This document shows positions 28,246 through 37,981 of a DNA stretch of 64,000 bases, piece by piece. The translations under genes and the position numbers were made by a program. This stretch comes from an uncultured delta proteobacterium (GTDB taxonomy: Bacteria > Myxococcota_A > Polyangia > Fen-1088). The notes beneath the pieces are model-generated. The model saw only the letters and a program-made list of their open reading frames with translations, was not told the DNA's origin and made no database searches. The stretch is taken from positions 64,001 to 128,000 of the forward strand of contig CAVWIP010000010.1 of assembly GCA_963755125.1 (NCBI GenBank), read 5' to 3'. Positions within the stretch are counted from its first letter, which is position 1; every line of letters starts with the position of its first letter.

Positions 28246-28282
28246 TATTGCCAGCAGGTAAAGCTGTGTAAAAGTGTGTAAA
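28246..28282. promoter_or_regulatory. Triple GTAAA-N5 direct repeat with adjacent TATTGCC
   Basis: TATTGCC agcag GTAAA gctgt GTAAA agtgt GTAAA in a divergent intergenic region. Confidence 0.65.
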
Positions 28283-28464
28283 GGTGCTGTTGCCCCGCGT
28301 CTCCCGACATCAAATCAGTAGTTGGTGAACAACGGCTGTCCCCCGGCAATTTCGCCGCGGTTGCGGTTGCACACGCGAGATTCCGTAATATCGTAAAAGG
28401 CAGTTGGTCTTGAAGCGCGGCCGCTTGGCCGACGAGGCAGCGGGCCGCGAGAGGAGAGCGCGCC

Positions 28465-29199
28465 ATGAAGTACGGAATTGAAACCTGCCATCCTCAAAGC
28501 GCAAACCCTGGCGGCAAGGTCCGGCGGAGACTCTTGCAGGTCGTGGGAGCGACGCTCGGGTTCGCTCTGGTTCCCATTTGCTTGGCAAGTTGCGGGGGCG
28601 ATTTCATCGACAACTCAAGGGGCGAGCCGCAACCGACGTCACCGGGCGAGCCACACGGGCAGTACGTCGATGCCGGGTACGAGCGGAATCGCGACGGTGG
28701 CGCTGGCATCGCTTGTGTCGACCAGCCGTGGGCGCTGAGCTTTGAATTCTCTCTCGATGCAAACGGGTCTCTGACCCACGCGCGCGCGGATCTTCTGCCC
28801 GCCAGTCACCTACGCCTGACCACCTCCGTGTCGTCGGTGGCACAAGGCGCACCCGGATCCGAGAATCTGCTTGCGGCCTCGTTGACCTCGGCCGACGGCA
28901 GTGTCTTGTCGCAAGACCTGTTCAATGATCCGCGCTTCGCCGATGCCGGCGTGGGGCGGAACCGGGACCACGACTTGACCGATCTCGCGCTGCAGTTGCT
29001 TCCGGGCACCCGCGATCTCGTCATCACCAACTGGAACACGGGCGCCGTGCTATTCGATCTCGATCTTCACGGCGATCTCCAGCTTCTCTGCCTGAACCAG
29101 CCCTGCCTCGATATTTGCGCAAACCCCGACGCCGGGACGCCAGCCCCGGACAGCGGTGCGGACCTGTCAGTGGCTGGCGGCGAGGGCGACGCGGGCTAG
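28465..29199 (+). CDS. Hypothetical lipoprotein
   Basis: RRR followed by a hydrophobic stretch and lipobox LASC; globular middle; Cys cluster and DAG-rich tail. It fills the gap between the two Ig genes; the start is uncertain. Confidence 0.65.
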   Translation: MKYGIETCHPQSANPGGKVRRRLLQVVGATLGFALVPICLASCGGDFIDNSRGEPQPTSPGEPHGQYVDAGYERNRDGGAGIACVDQPWALSFEFSLDANGSLTHARADLLPASHLRLTTSVSSVAQGAPGSENLLAASLTSADGSVLSQDLFNDPRFADAGVGRNRDHDLTDLALQLLPGTRDLVITNWNTGAVLFDLDLHGDLQLLCLNQPCLDICANPDAGTPAPDSGADLSVAGGEGDAG

Positions 29200-32100
29200 T
29201 GCGACGCTGTCACGGTGGCGGCCAGGGTGCCGGTGACACCCTGGAACGCAGCCGTCACGGTGACCGGCCCGGCACTGACTGCGGTGAAGAGCCCGCGCGA
29301 CCCGGCGGCGTTTGACACCGTGGCCGTGGCGTCGCTCGACGAGAGCCAGGTCACGTTGTTCGTGATGTCGAGGGTGATGACGGCCGCGTCGCCGCCCCAT
29401 GTGCCGGTGGCCGTGAGCTGCTGGTGTCCGCCAACCGCGACGCTCAGGGGCGACGGCGTGATGGCAATCGAGGTCAAGGTCGCCCCGCTGACGGTGAGTA
29501 GCGTGGTCCCGGACACGCCCTGGTAGGTGGCGCTGATGGTCGTCGAGCCAGCCGTGATCGGCGTGGCCACCCCGGCGGAGCCAGCCGAACTCCCGACGCT
29601 GGCCACCATCGTGTCCGAGGATGTCCAGGTCGCGCCTGCCGTCACGGCACCGGTGCTGCCGTCGTCGTAGACCGCCGTGGCCACGAAGGCCTGGTTGATG
29701 CCGAGTACGGCTGTCGGATTTGTGGGCGTCACCTGGATCTCGGTGACCTTCTTCGTCACCACGGTCAGGGTGGTGGAGGCCGACATCCCATCATAAGTGG
29801 CAGTGATCGTGGTGGTGCCTGCGGTCAGCAGCGTGGCCCGGCCAGCCGTGCCGGCTGAACTCGAGACGACCGCCACGGTGCCGTCCGATGACGACCAGGT
29901 GGCGGACGCGGTCACGTTCCGCGTGCTGTAGTCGGTGTAGATGGCGGTGGCCACGAAGGCCTGATACTGGCTGGCCAGACCCACGGTCGGGTTGGTGGGC
30001 GTGATCTCGATCGACAGCAACGGGGGGTTCGTGACGGTCAACAGCGCTGTTCCAGTCACGGTGACCCCGTTCTCGGTGTAGCTCGCGCTGATGGTCGCGC
30101 TGCCCACTGCGAGCCCGGTCGCTGTGCCGCCACCGACAACTCCGCCCCCGCCCCGACCACCGCCGGCGACACTCATGACCGCGATGGTCCCGTCGGACGA
30201 ACTCCAGACGGCGGAACCGGTTACCACGGCGCTGGTGCCGTCGTCGTAGACGGCAGTGGCCACGAAGGTCTGGGTGAGGTTGACCTGAATCGTGGCTGTT
30301 GCCGGGGTTATCACCAAACTGGTGAGCACCGGCGCGGTCACGGTCAGTGTGGCCGTGGCGCTGAAGCCGGCGGAACTGGCGTTGATGGTCACAGTTCCAG
30401 CGCCCACTCCGGTGGCAAGACCGCCGCCCCCGCCGCCTCCTCGGCCGCCGGCGGTGGTGATGGTGGCCACCGTTCCGTCCGAGGTGGTCCACGAGGCGGT
30501 GGCGGTCACGTTCGTGCTCGTGCCGTCATTCCAGGTGGCCATGGCCGAGAACTGCTGTGTCGCACCCACTCGCACCGAGGCGGTGGCTGGCGTGATGTAG
30601 AGGCCGACCTGCTGCGGCGCCTGGACAGTGATGGTCGCCGTATCTGTGAAGGTCTGACCACCGGCCGAATAGGTGGCCGTGACGGTTGCAGTGCCTGCAC
30701 CCACTCCGTTGACCAGCAAGCCGCCGCCAGGCGCGCCGCGACCGCCTCCTGCCACGGCGGCTACCGTCCCGTCCGATGTGGTCAAGGTGACCCCGGTAGC
30801 GATCGGCGTGGTGGTTCCATCGTTGTAGTCACCATCAACGGTGTACGCCTGACTCCCGTTCACCAGGATGGTGGCGCTGGCTGGAGTCAGCCGGATGTCT
30901 ATCAGCGTCCTGGGGGCAGTCACCGTCAGCGTCGCCGTGTCGCTGAGACTAACGCCGCCGTCGGTGCCATAGCTGACCGTGATGGTGGTGGTTCCCGCTC
31001 CCACTCCCGTGGCCGTGGCCCCGCCGCCGGGCCCGCCGCCGGCCGCGATGGTGGCCACCCCGGTCGATGACGATGACCAGCTGGCGCCGGTGAGGGGGCC
31101 GGTCGTACCGTTGGCGTAGACCGCCCTGACCGTGTACGCCTGGGTGGCGCCCACGGCGATGGTGGCGGATGCCGGTGTCAGCGTGATGGCCACCAAAGTC
31201 GGCGCGGTGACAGTCAGGGTTGCTGTCCCCTGCACGCCCTGCATGCTCGCCGTAATGGTCGCAGTCCCCCGAGTCAAAGAGGTCGCGAGTCCATTGGTTC
31301 CGGCTGCGTTCGACACCTGGGCGACAGCGATATTGCTGGACGACCATGTGACCTGGGTCGTGATGTCGAGCGTAGTCGAGTTGTCGTAGGTCCCAGTTGC
31401 GGTGAACGCCTGCGTATTCCCCGCGCTCACGGTCGCGGTAGCCGGCGCCACGGCAATCGACACCAGATTGGGATTGGCCACGGTCACCGTGGCTGACCCG
31501 CTGATCCCGGACAGGGTCGCAGTCACCGTGGTGCTGCCGACCTTCATACCGGTGACCTGACCAGCCGCCGTCCCAACGTTGCCCACCGTCGCGATCGAGC
31601 TGTCCCCAACCGTCCAGGTCGCTGACGTCGTCACGTCCTGGGTGCTCTTGTCTCCGTAGGTCGCCGTGGCCTTGAGCGGAAGGGTCAGCCCGAGCGGCAG
31701 GTTGAGCGGATTGGGGGTGACCGCGATGCTGACCAGCGGGACCACGGAAACCGTCACGATGGCCGTCCCCACCACGCCCGACAGCGATGCCATCAGGTTG
31801 GTCGTGCCCACGGCCAAGGCCGTGACCAGGCCGCGCGTTCCGGCCGCGTTGGAAACCGACGCGACGGTGGTGGTGTCAGTGGACCAAGTCACCGAATCGG
31901 TGAGGTCGGCGGTCGAGAGATCGGAATAGGTTCCCTGCGCCTTGAACGGACTGGTGGTGCCCACGAAAAGCGTGGCGGTGGCAGGAGTCACGCTGATCGA
32001 CGTCAGCGTCGGCGCAGTCACCGTCACCGAGGTCGTGCCGCTGATCCCGCCCAGCGTGGCCGTGATGGAGGTCGTGCCCGCGGCCACTGCCGTTGCCAGA

Positions 32101-33248
32101 CCCGCACTTGCGCCGGTGGCGACTACCGTAAGGACGCCAGTATCGGCGGTCAACCAGGTAGCCTGCTGGGTCACGTCGCCGGTGGAGTTGTCGTCGTAAA
32201 CGGCCGTCGCCATGAAGGGCTGGGTCACGCCCCGCTGCAGGATCGGCTGCGTGGGAGTGATCCCGATACTGGTGATCTTCTTCGCCACCACATTGATCTC
32301 AACCGTTCCACTGACCGCCTGCATGGTCGCTGTCACAGTGACCGTCCCCACGGCCACGCCGGTGACCTGGCCCTTGGTGGTGGCAGTGTTTCCGACGGTC
32401 GCGATGGTCGCATCGGACGAACTCCAGGTCGCCTGAGACGTCACGTCCTGCTTGCTACCGTCAGCGAACACCCCCGTGGCCACCAGATTCACTGTCTGGC
32501 CGATGGGCAGCGGCGCCACGGCCTGGATGCTGATCGATTGCAAGGTGGTATCGAGCACCGTGACCGTCGCGGTGGCGCTCTTGCCTTGGTAGGTGGCGGT
32601 GATGGTCGCAGTTCCAGGATGAACACCGGTTAGGGTGGTTCCGGACACCGTCACATAGGTGGGAGCGCCGGACGTCACTGTCGCCGAGCTGGACACGTCC
32701 TTGCTGCTACCGTCGGAGTAAACTCCCGTAATCACGACCGAAAGCGTGGTCCCCATTGCCAGCGTCGGACTGGGAGGCGCGATCTCGATGCTCGACAAGG
32801 TGGCAGCAGCAACATCGCCGCCGGCGTCACGCGCATCGCCTGGCAGCGCCACCTCGGCCCGGCCGCCGTCGGTTGCCGGCCCGTCTCTGCCGTCGGACCC
32901 GCCGACTTCAGCACGAACCTCCGACGCGCCGACCTCGATCCGACTGTCCGACGACGTCCCGACCTCGATCCGACTGTCCGACGACGTCCCGACCTCGATC
33001 CGACTGTCCGACGACGTCCCGACCTCGATCCGACTGTCCGGTGTCCCGACACTTTCCGCACCCAGGCCATCGAAGCGTCCATCTTGGATGCCGCCGTCAA
33101 AACGCCGATCAGCACTGCCGTCGCCAACAAAACCTCCCTCGCCAGCGAAACCTCCGTCGCCGCCCAGTGCCCGCAGCCCGCTGCGCCCGCCACAAGCACC
33201 CATCGTGCCGATCAATGCCAGACAGAGTACCAGCCTTGTTCTCATCAT
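29196..33248 (-). CDS. Large surface lipoprotein with 13 Ig-like (Big_2-type) domains, paralog of 23768-28102
   Basis: MMRTRLVLCLALIGTMGAC lipobox; same CAGGAGAAGCA RBS context; colinear domains; near-identical C-terminus ending TVTASH. Confidence 0.9.
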   Translation of the reverse strand: MMRTRLVLCLALIGTMGACGGRSGLRALGGDGGFAGEGGFVGDGSADRRFDGGIQDGRFDGLGAESVGTPDSRIEVGTSSDSRIEVGTSSDSRIEVGTSSDSRIEVGASEVRAEVGGSDGRDGPATDGGRAEVALPGDARDAGGDVAAATLSSIEIAPPSPTLAMGTTLSVVITGVYSDGSSKDVSSSATVTSGAPTYVTVSGTTLTGVHPGTATITATYQGKSATATVTVLDTTLQSISIQAVAPLPIGQTVNLVATGVFADGSKQDVTSQATWSSSDATIATVGNTATTKGQVTGVAVGTVTVTATMQAVSGTVEINVVAKKITSIGITPTQPILQRGVTQPFMATAVYDDNSTGDVTQQATWLTADTGVLTVVATGASAGLATAVAAGTTSITATLGGISGTTSVTVTAPTLTSISVTPATATLFVGTTSPFKAQGTYSDLSTADLTDSVTWSTDTTTVASVSNAAGTRGLVTALAVGTTNLMASLSGVVGTAIVTVSVVPLVSIAVTPNPLNLPLGLTLPLKATATYGDKSTQDVTTSATWTVGDSSIATVGNVGTAAGQVTGMKVGSTTVTATLSGISGSATVTVANPNLVSIAVAPATATVSAGNTQAFTATGTYDNSTTLDITTQVTWSSSNIAVAQVSNAAGTNGLATSLTRGTATITASMQGVQGTATLTVTAPTLVAITLTPASATIAVGATQAYTVRAVYANGTTGPLTGASWSSSSTGVATIAAGGGPGGGATATGVGAGTTTITVSYGTDGGVSLSDTATLTVTAPRTLIDIRLTPASATILVNGSQAYTVDGDYNDGTTTPIATGVTLTTSDGTVAAVAGGGRGAPGGGLLVNGVGAGTATVTATYSAGGQTFTDTATITVQAPQQVGLYITPATASVRVGATQQFSAMATWNDGTSTNVTATASWTTSDGTVATITTAGGRGGGGGGGLATGVGAGTVTINASSAGFSATATLTVTAPVLTSLVITPATATIQVNLTQTFVATAVYDDGTSAVVTGSAVWSSSDGTIAVMSVAGGGRGGGGVVGGGTATGLAVGSATISASYTENGVTVTGTALLTVTNPPLLSIEITPTNPTVGLASQYQAFVATAIYTDYSTRNVTASATWSSSDGTVAVVSSSAGTAGRATLLTAGTTTITATYDGMSASTTLTVVTKKVTEIQVTPTNPTAVLGINQAFVATAVYDDGSTGAVTAGATWTSSDTMVASVGSSAGSAGVATPITAGSTTISATYQGVSGTTLLTVSGATLTSIAITPSPLSVAVGGHQQLTATGTWGGDAAVITLDITNNVTWLSSSDATATVSNAAGSRGLFTAVSAGPVTVTAAFQGVTGTLAATVTASH
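32929..33040. repeat. Perfect 30-bp tandem repeat, about 3.7 copies (encodes DSRIEVGTSS)
   Basis: gacctcgatccgactgtccgacgacgtccc is repeated exactly in the N-terminal tether. Confidence 0.95.
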
Positions 33249-33472
33249 AGATTTTGCTTCTCCTGACTCGTTGCCTCGGTTTGAAACGCCTGGATCCACG
33301 CGCACCTTCGCACGCGGATCCTTCCGCATCCCGCGGCGCCCATGGCCCTACACTCCGTTGTAAGAGAGTCTGGCGCCGAAGACTTGTCAATGATTGCAAG
33401 AACTCCAGGCCATTTAGTGCCCGCACTTGCTACGCGTTCGAGTCCGCCGGCGGATACCCTTGGGGTGGTCGC

Positions 33473-34882
33473 TCATGCGATTCCCTTGCCGGGATTCATG
33501 ATGCCCTTGGGATCCAGGGCCTGCTTGATCCGGCGCATGAGGTCAAGCTCGACCGCACTCTTGTAGCGCCGCGCCTCCTCACGCTTGGCCACCCCGATGC
33601 CGTGTTCGGCGCTTATCGACCCGCCGTGGGCCACCACGATGGCGTGCACAACGCGCGTGACGTCCTCCCAGCGGGCAAGATACGCCTCCTGGTCCATGCC
33701 CACGGGTTGGCTGAAGTTGAAGTGCAGGTTGCCGTCGCCCACGTGGCCGAAGGGCACGGGCCGGACGCCGGGAATCAGTTCGGCCACGGCGGCCAGCGCT
33801 TCGAAGATGAATCCTGGGATTTGCGACAGGGGCACCGAGACGTCGTTCTTGATGCTGCCGCCTTCCCGCTTCTGCGCCTCGGAGATGGATTCGCGCAGCT
33901 TCCACAGCGCCGCCGCCTGGGCCGCGCTGCCGGCCAAAGCTGCATCGGTAACCAGGCCACGGTCCAGCCCGGAAGTCATGAATGCCTCGGCCCTGTCACG
34001 CGGGACCGTAAGGTCCACGAGCACGTACCATGGCGATCGGGTTGCCAGCGGATCGATCGAGCCCGCCACGTTCTTCAGCACCAGATCGAGGGCGAAGCGC
34101 GAGATCATCTCGAAGGCCAGCACCCCGCCGTCACCCGACACTTCGCGCGCCAGGGTCAGGAGAGCAAGCACCGCATCCGGGGTGGGCACAGCAGCGAACA
34201 CAGTTTCCACCCGACCATGGCGTGGGAACAGCTTCAACACGGCAGCGGTAATGATTCCCAGCGTGCCCTCGCCGCCGATGTAGAGTTGCTTGAGATCGTA
34301 GCCGGTATTGTCCTTGCGCAGGCCGCGCAGACCGTTCCAGATCTCGCCCTCGGCGGTGACGACTTCCAGCCCCAGCACGAGATCGCGCGAGTTCCCGTAG
34401 CGCAGCACGTGGATGCCGCCGGCATTGGCCGAAAGATTGCCACCGATCTGGCAACTGCCTTCGGCGGCCAGGCTGAGAGGGAAGAGCCGGTCCTTCTCGG
34501 CCGCGGCTTGCTGAACCGCCGCGAGCACGCAGCCCGCCTCGGCGGTCAGGGTGTTGTTGATCGGGTCCACGGCCCGCACGCGGTTCATGCGCGACAGATT
34601 GACCAGGATCTCGTGGCCGCTGGCGCGCGGAATCTGCGCGCCCACCAGACCGGTGTTCCCCCCTTGCGGCACGATGCCCACCTCGGCCTCGGCGCACACG
34701 CGTACGATGGCCCCGACTTCGGCGACGCTTGCCGGCTTGAGCATCAGCGGGGTCTTGCCCTGGAAGCGGCTACGCCACTCCACCAGGTGCGGCGCCAAGG
34801 TGTCCGGATCCTCGGACCAGCCGGCAGGACCGACGATCTGCTTCAGGCGTTCGAGAGTGGCCTTGTCAGGGGGGCGAGGCAT
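33473..34882 (-). CDS. FAD-linked oxidoreductase (D-2-hydroxyacid dehydrogenase/GlcD family)
   Basis: PQGGNTGLVG, SCQIGGNLSANAGG, KDNTGYDL, GEGTLGII, GHVGDGNLH, SISAEHGIG, DPKGIMNPGK. Confidence 0.92.
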   Translation of the reverse strand: MPRPPDKATLERLKQIVGPAGWSEDPDTLAPHLVEWRSRFQGKTPLMLKPASVAEVGAIVRVCAEAEVGIVPQGGNTGLVGAQIPRASGHEILVNLSRMNRVRAVDPINNTLTAEAGCVLAAVQQAAAEKDRLFPLSLAAEGSCQIGGNLSANAGGIHVLRYGNSRDLVLGLEVVTAEGEIWNGLRGLRKDNTGYDLKQLYIGGEGTLGIITAAVLKLFPRHGRVETVFAAVPTPDAVLALLTLAREVSGDGGVLAFEMISRFALDLVLKNVAGSIDPLATRSPWYVLVDLTVPRDRAEAFMTSGLDRGLVTDAALAGSAAQAAALWKLRESISEAQKREGGSIKNDVSVPLSQIPGFIFEALAAVAELIPGVRPVPFGHVGDGNLHFNFSQPVGMDQEAYLARWEDVTRVVHAIVVAHGGSISAEHGIGVAKREEARRYKSAVELDLMRRIKQALDPKGIMNPGKGIA

Positions 34883-35074
34883 GGGTGGAACATGCTAGTA
34901 CCGCCCGTCGAAAATTCGTAGCTCGTTGAGCAGTCGGAGGGACGACGGCGACGTGCCAGCGAAGCTCGACGTCGTGCGCCGTGGTTGATTCATGCCGAGA
35001 GGGAAAGTTCGACCTATAATTCCGCCTCGAATGTGTTGCCCGAACGGGCCTGTATCAATGAGCAAGGAGAGTAC

Positions 35075-35746
35075 ATGAGAAAGCTTGGCATCTCGGTCAT
35101 GGTTTGCCTTCTTGCGGTCGCGACCGGCTGCGGTAGCAGCAACAGCAACGGCGGCGCCGGCGGCAGCAGTGGAGGGAAAGGGGGGGTGACTGCGGCGGGT
35201 GGCAGCAATGACGGCACGACTGCCGTGGGTGGCAGCAGCGGCGGCGCCAGCGCAGTCGCTACCGGTGGCAGCAGCAGCGGCGCGTCTGCCATGGGCGGCA
35301 GCGGCGGTGGAACCGGCGCCAGTTCGTGCGTTCTGCCAAGCTGTCTGAAGAATCTCGGCACCGGCTGCGTCGAGAGTGGAAGCTGCGCCACGCAGACCAA
35401 CCTGGAAACCGGAAGCTGGAACACCTGTTACGACAACGGGATCGCGGAGATCGTGGTCAACGACGTCAACACGGATGACATGACCATGACCGTGAAGAAC
35501 GGGAGCTCAACCTGTTTCTCGACAGCGTTCAACCGGAACGACGTCTATACCTGCGTGGGCTCCATCACGGTGAAGGACGCATCGGGCGCAGCCGTGGCGA
35601 GCGTGACGTTGGATTGCTCGGGCGCCTTCTACACTGTCACCTGCACGGGCGGCCAGGCGGTGGCTCTCGATCCATCTTGTGGGACGGCCTGGCCGATATC
35701 CATGCTGATGGGCTCAGGCTGCAACGAGGGAGGCTGCACGCCCTAG
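35075..35746 (+). CDS. Cys-rich hypothetical lipoprotein with Gly/Ser tether
   Basis: AAGGAG RBS; lipobox ATGC; GGS linker; 12-Cys C-terminal domain. Confidence 0.8.
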   Translation: MRKLGISVMVCLLAVATGCGSSNSNGGAGGSSGGKGGVTAAGGSNDGTTAVGGSSGGASAVATGGSSSGASAMGGSGGGTGASSCVLPSCLKNLGTGCVESGSCATQTNLETGSWNTCYDNGIAEIVVNDVNTDDMTMTVKNGSSTCFSTAFNRNDVYTCVGSITVKDASGAAVASVTLDCSGAFYTVTCTGGQAVALDPSCGTAWPISMLMGSGCNEGGCTP

Positions 35747-35823
35747 CAGCATGGAGGGAATCGGGCCGTCGCGTGGTGCTTGAGCCCTTCGCAAACGACG
35801 AACAATCTGCGAAGAATGAGCCC

Positions 35824-36168
35824 ATGCCCTGGCTCAAATCTCCTGTCGCCTTCATTGTCGGTTCGCAAGCCCTCTTCACCGCGGGTGACCTGCTTGCCCG
35901 CGCCAACATGCGCAGGGGTGGCTTCGGCCTAGCCAACTTTCTCACCTGGTGGTTCGTCATCTACTTTTCCCTGCGTACGGCAGCCATGTTCGGCCAGCTC
36001 TACGTCCTGGCCAGCGTGCCCATCGGCAAGTCGATGGCCCTCTACGGCGCGACTTCCATCGCCCTGGTGAACGTGCTGGGTGTGCTTCTTCTCGGCGAAG
36101 TCTTGGGCGCACGCGCCTATGCCGGCGTGTCTCTGGCGGTCCTGGCCTTCGTCGTCATGGCCCTCTGA
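35824..36168 (+). CDS. Small 4-TM membrane protein (SMR/DMT-like)
   Basis: 114 aa with four hydrophobic segments; LGVLLLGE..GARAYAGV is DMT-like. Confidence 0.7.
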   Translation: MPWLKSPVAFIVGSQALFTAGDLLARANMRRGGFGLANFLTWWFVIYFSLRTAAMFGQLYVLASVPIGKSMALYGATSIALVNVLGVLLLGEVLGARAYAGVSLAVLAFVVMAL

Positions 36169-36176
36169 TCGCGGCG

Positions 36177-37898
36177 TCACCGCGCTGGCAGGGGCGCGAC
36201 CGGCGGAGGCGGCGCGGGCGCCGGAAAGACTGCGCCAGGCTTCTTGCGGTACACGGTCCAGGTTCCGCTGTGGGCCAGGACCTCCATGCTGTCTCGATAC
36301 GGTCCGAAGGGGTTGGCGCCCGGCACGGGGTTGCGCACGAAGAAGTAGTCGAAGATCGGCACGGATTGGATGGGATGGATGTCGAGGGGTCTCCACGGGT
36401 CTGGCAGTTCCGCGCCGGCGGGCTTTCGTGTGCATGGCATGTGGCGCATCCCACAGTAGGACAGGGGCGCCATGCTGCCGGGCACGGATCGCGTGGCCAC
36501 GTAGAGGTCAGGCAGCCCCACGAGAACCGACTCGATCCGCATCACGTGCGAGCTGCGGTCGTACACCACGCCCATGGCCTTGCCACCCGGTGGCGTCTTG
36601 TTCAGCACCTCCACGAAATCCGCGGTCTCTGTTGCGAACAGACGGTAGTGCACGATCAGCTGGTACCCGTAGAGCGCGCACATGATCACGGCCGGCACGG
36701 GAACGACGAGCCGGAGCACGCCGCGCACACGCCCGAGACCTGCTGGCACGAGCGCGATGGCCATCAGGATCACCAGCACGGCGAAGCGCGGGAAGAACGT
36801 CATCAGGTCGAGCTCGCCCAGATGGTGCGGCAGCATGAGATAGGCGACCAGCGCGCCCGCAAAGGCCACCACAAGCGCGGGCCACATTCGCAAGCGAGGG
36901 CGCGCCGGGGACGGGTTGGGCAACAATGCCCAGGCCGCCAGCCCGGCAACCAAGTAGACGGCGATCACGAGGAGCAAGGCGCGGCACGCCTTGACCTCCA
37001 CCTGATCGACGAAGGCGCGCATGGCGTGCCCGGGAAGGGCCCAAAGACGCAGGCCGAAATCGTGCAGGAAGGTTCCCCGGTTGAGATCCTTGAGGCGGTG
37101 ACGCTTGACCAAGCCCCAGGCATAGGCAAACGTGGTCTTGGCCGGTCCGCTCGCGCCAGACACGGAACCGATGAACTGCCAGTAGGCCAGGGCGGCGAGC
37201 GCCGGCAGGAGCGTGCTCGCACCCAGCAAGCGCCGACGCCAGGGCAACGCAGCCAGCAGAGCAAACGCCAGCACCGCGCCCACCCCATAGAGAAAATTCT
37301 GCAGGTGACACAGGAAGAGGAACAAGCCCGCCGCGGCTGCCCAAAGCCAGCTCCATCGTAGCTGGCCCGGCTCACTGTGGAGGTGCTTCACCGTCTGCGC
37401 CAGCAACAGCATGAGCACCGGCAGCGACAGCGCAAAGCTGATGAACCCATAGTGCAGGGTCAGGTTGTACGCGAGCGGGAAGGCGAGCAGCGCCGGAATG
37501 CGGCTGCGACCACAGGCCACCAACAACGATGCCGTGGAAAGCGGCATCGCCGCGATGTACAGCGCCACGATCAGCTTGTGCGCCAGCAGCAGGTTCATCA
37601 CCTTGCCCAGCGCCACCAGCATGAGGTAGTGGGCCGCGTAGGGCGCCAAGCGCAGGCTGCCCTGGTAGAAGGCCGCGTAGGGAGAAGCTGGCGAACTGCG
37701 CTTGCCCAGCATGTCGGCCAGCGCCAGATGGAACGGCAGGTCCAGCCCGGGCAGGATCTGCGTGACGAAGAGTGGCGCCCAGTACAGGGGCAGCAGGATC
37801 AGGAAGCAGACCCCAAAAACCTTGGCGTCGCCGTCGGACATGACGAGGCCGTCGAGCAGCCAGCGCCGGAGGCGTGATTTCAACTGTGTGAAGCCCAA
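36177..37898 (-). CDS. Polytopic membrane protein, possibly GT-C glycosyltransferase-like
   Basis: Multiple TM helices; acidic first-loop motif PGLDLPFH; LHYGF; PRF; soluble C-terminal domain. Start uncertain (37898 or 37841). Confidence 0.65.
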   Translation of the reverse strand: MGFTQLKSRLRRWLLDGLVMSDGDAKVFGVCFLILLPLYWAPLFVTQILPGLDLPFHLALADMLGKRSSPASPYAAFYQGSLRLAPYAAHYLMLVALGKVMNLLLAHKLIVALYIAAMPLSTASLLVACGRSRIPALLAFPLAYNLTLHYGFISFALSLPVLMLLLAQTVKHLHSEPGQLRWSWLWAAAAGLFLFLCHLQNFLYGVGAVLAFALLAALPWRRRLLGASTLLPALAALAYWQFIGSVSGASGPAKTTFAYAWGLVKRHRLKDLNRGTFLHDFGLRLWALPGHAMRAFVDQVEVKACRALLLVIAVYLVAGLAAWALLPNPSPARPRLRMWPALVVAFAGALVAYLMLPHHLGELDLMTFFPRFAVLVILMAIALVPAGLGRVRGVLRLVVPVPAVIMCALYGYQLIVHYRLFATETADFVEVLNKTPPGGKAMGVVYDRSSHVMRIESVLVGLPDLYVATRSVPGSMAPLSYCGMRHMPCTRKPAGAELPDPWRPLDIHPIQSVPIFDYFFVRNPVPGANPFGPYRDSMEVLAHSGTWTVYRKKPGAVFPAPAPPPPVAPLPAR

Positions 37899-37981
37899 GT
37901 GACCGCCTGTGTATACACCAACTCGACCAGCATTCCGCCTGACAGCGGTTGCAATCGCTGTGGTATAGATTCCGCCGACCC

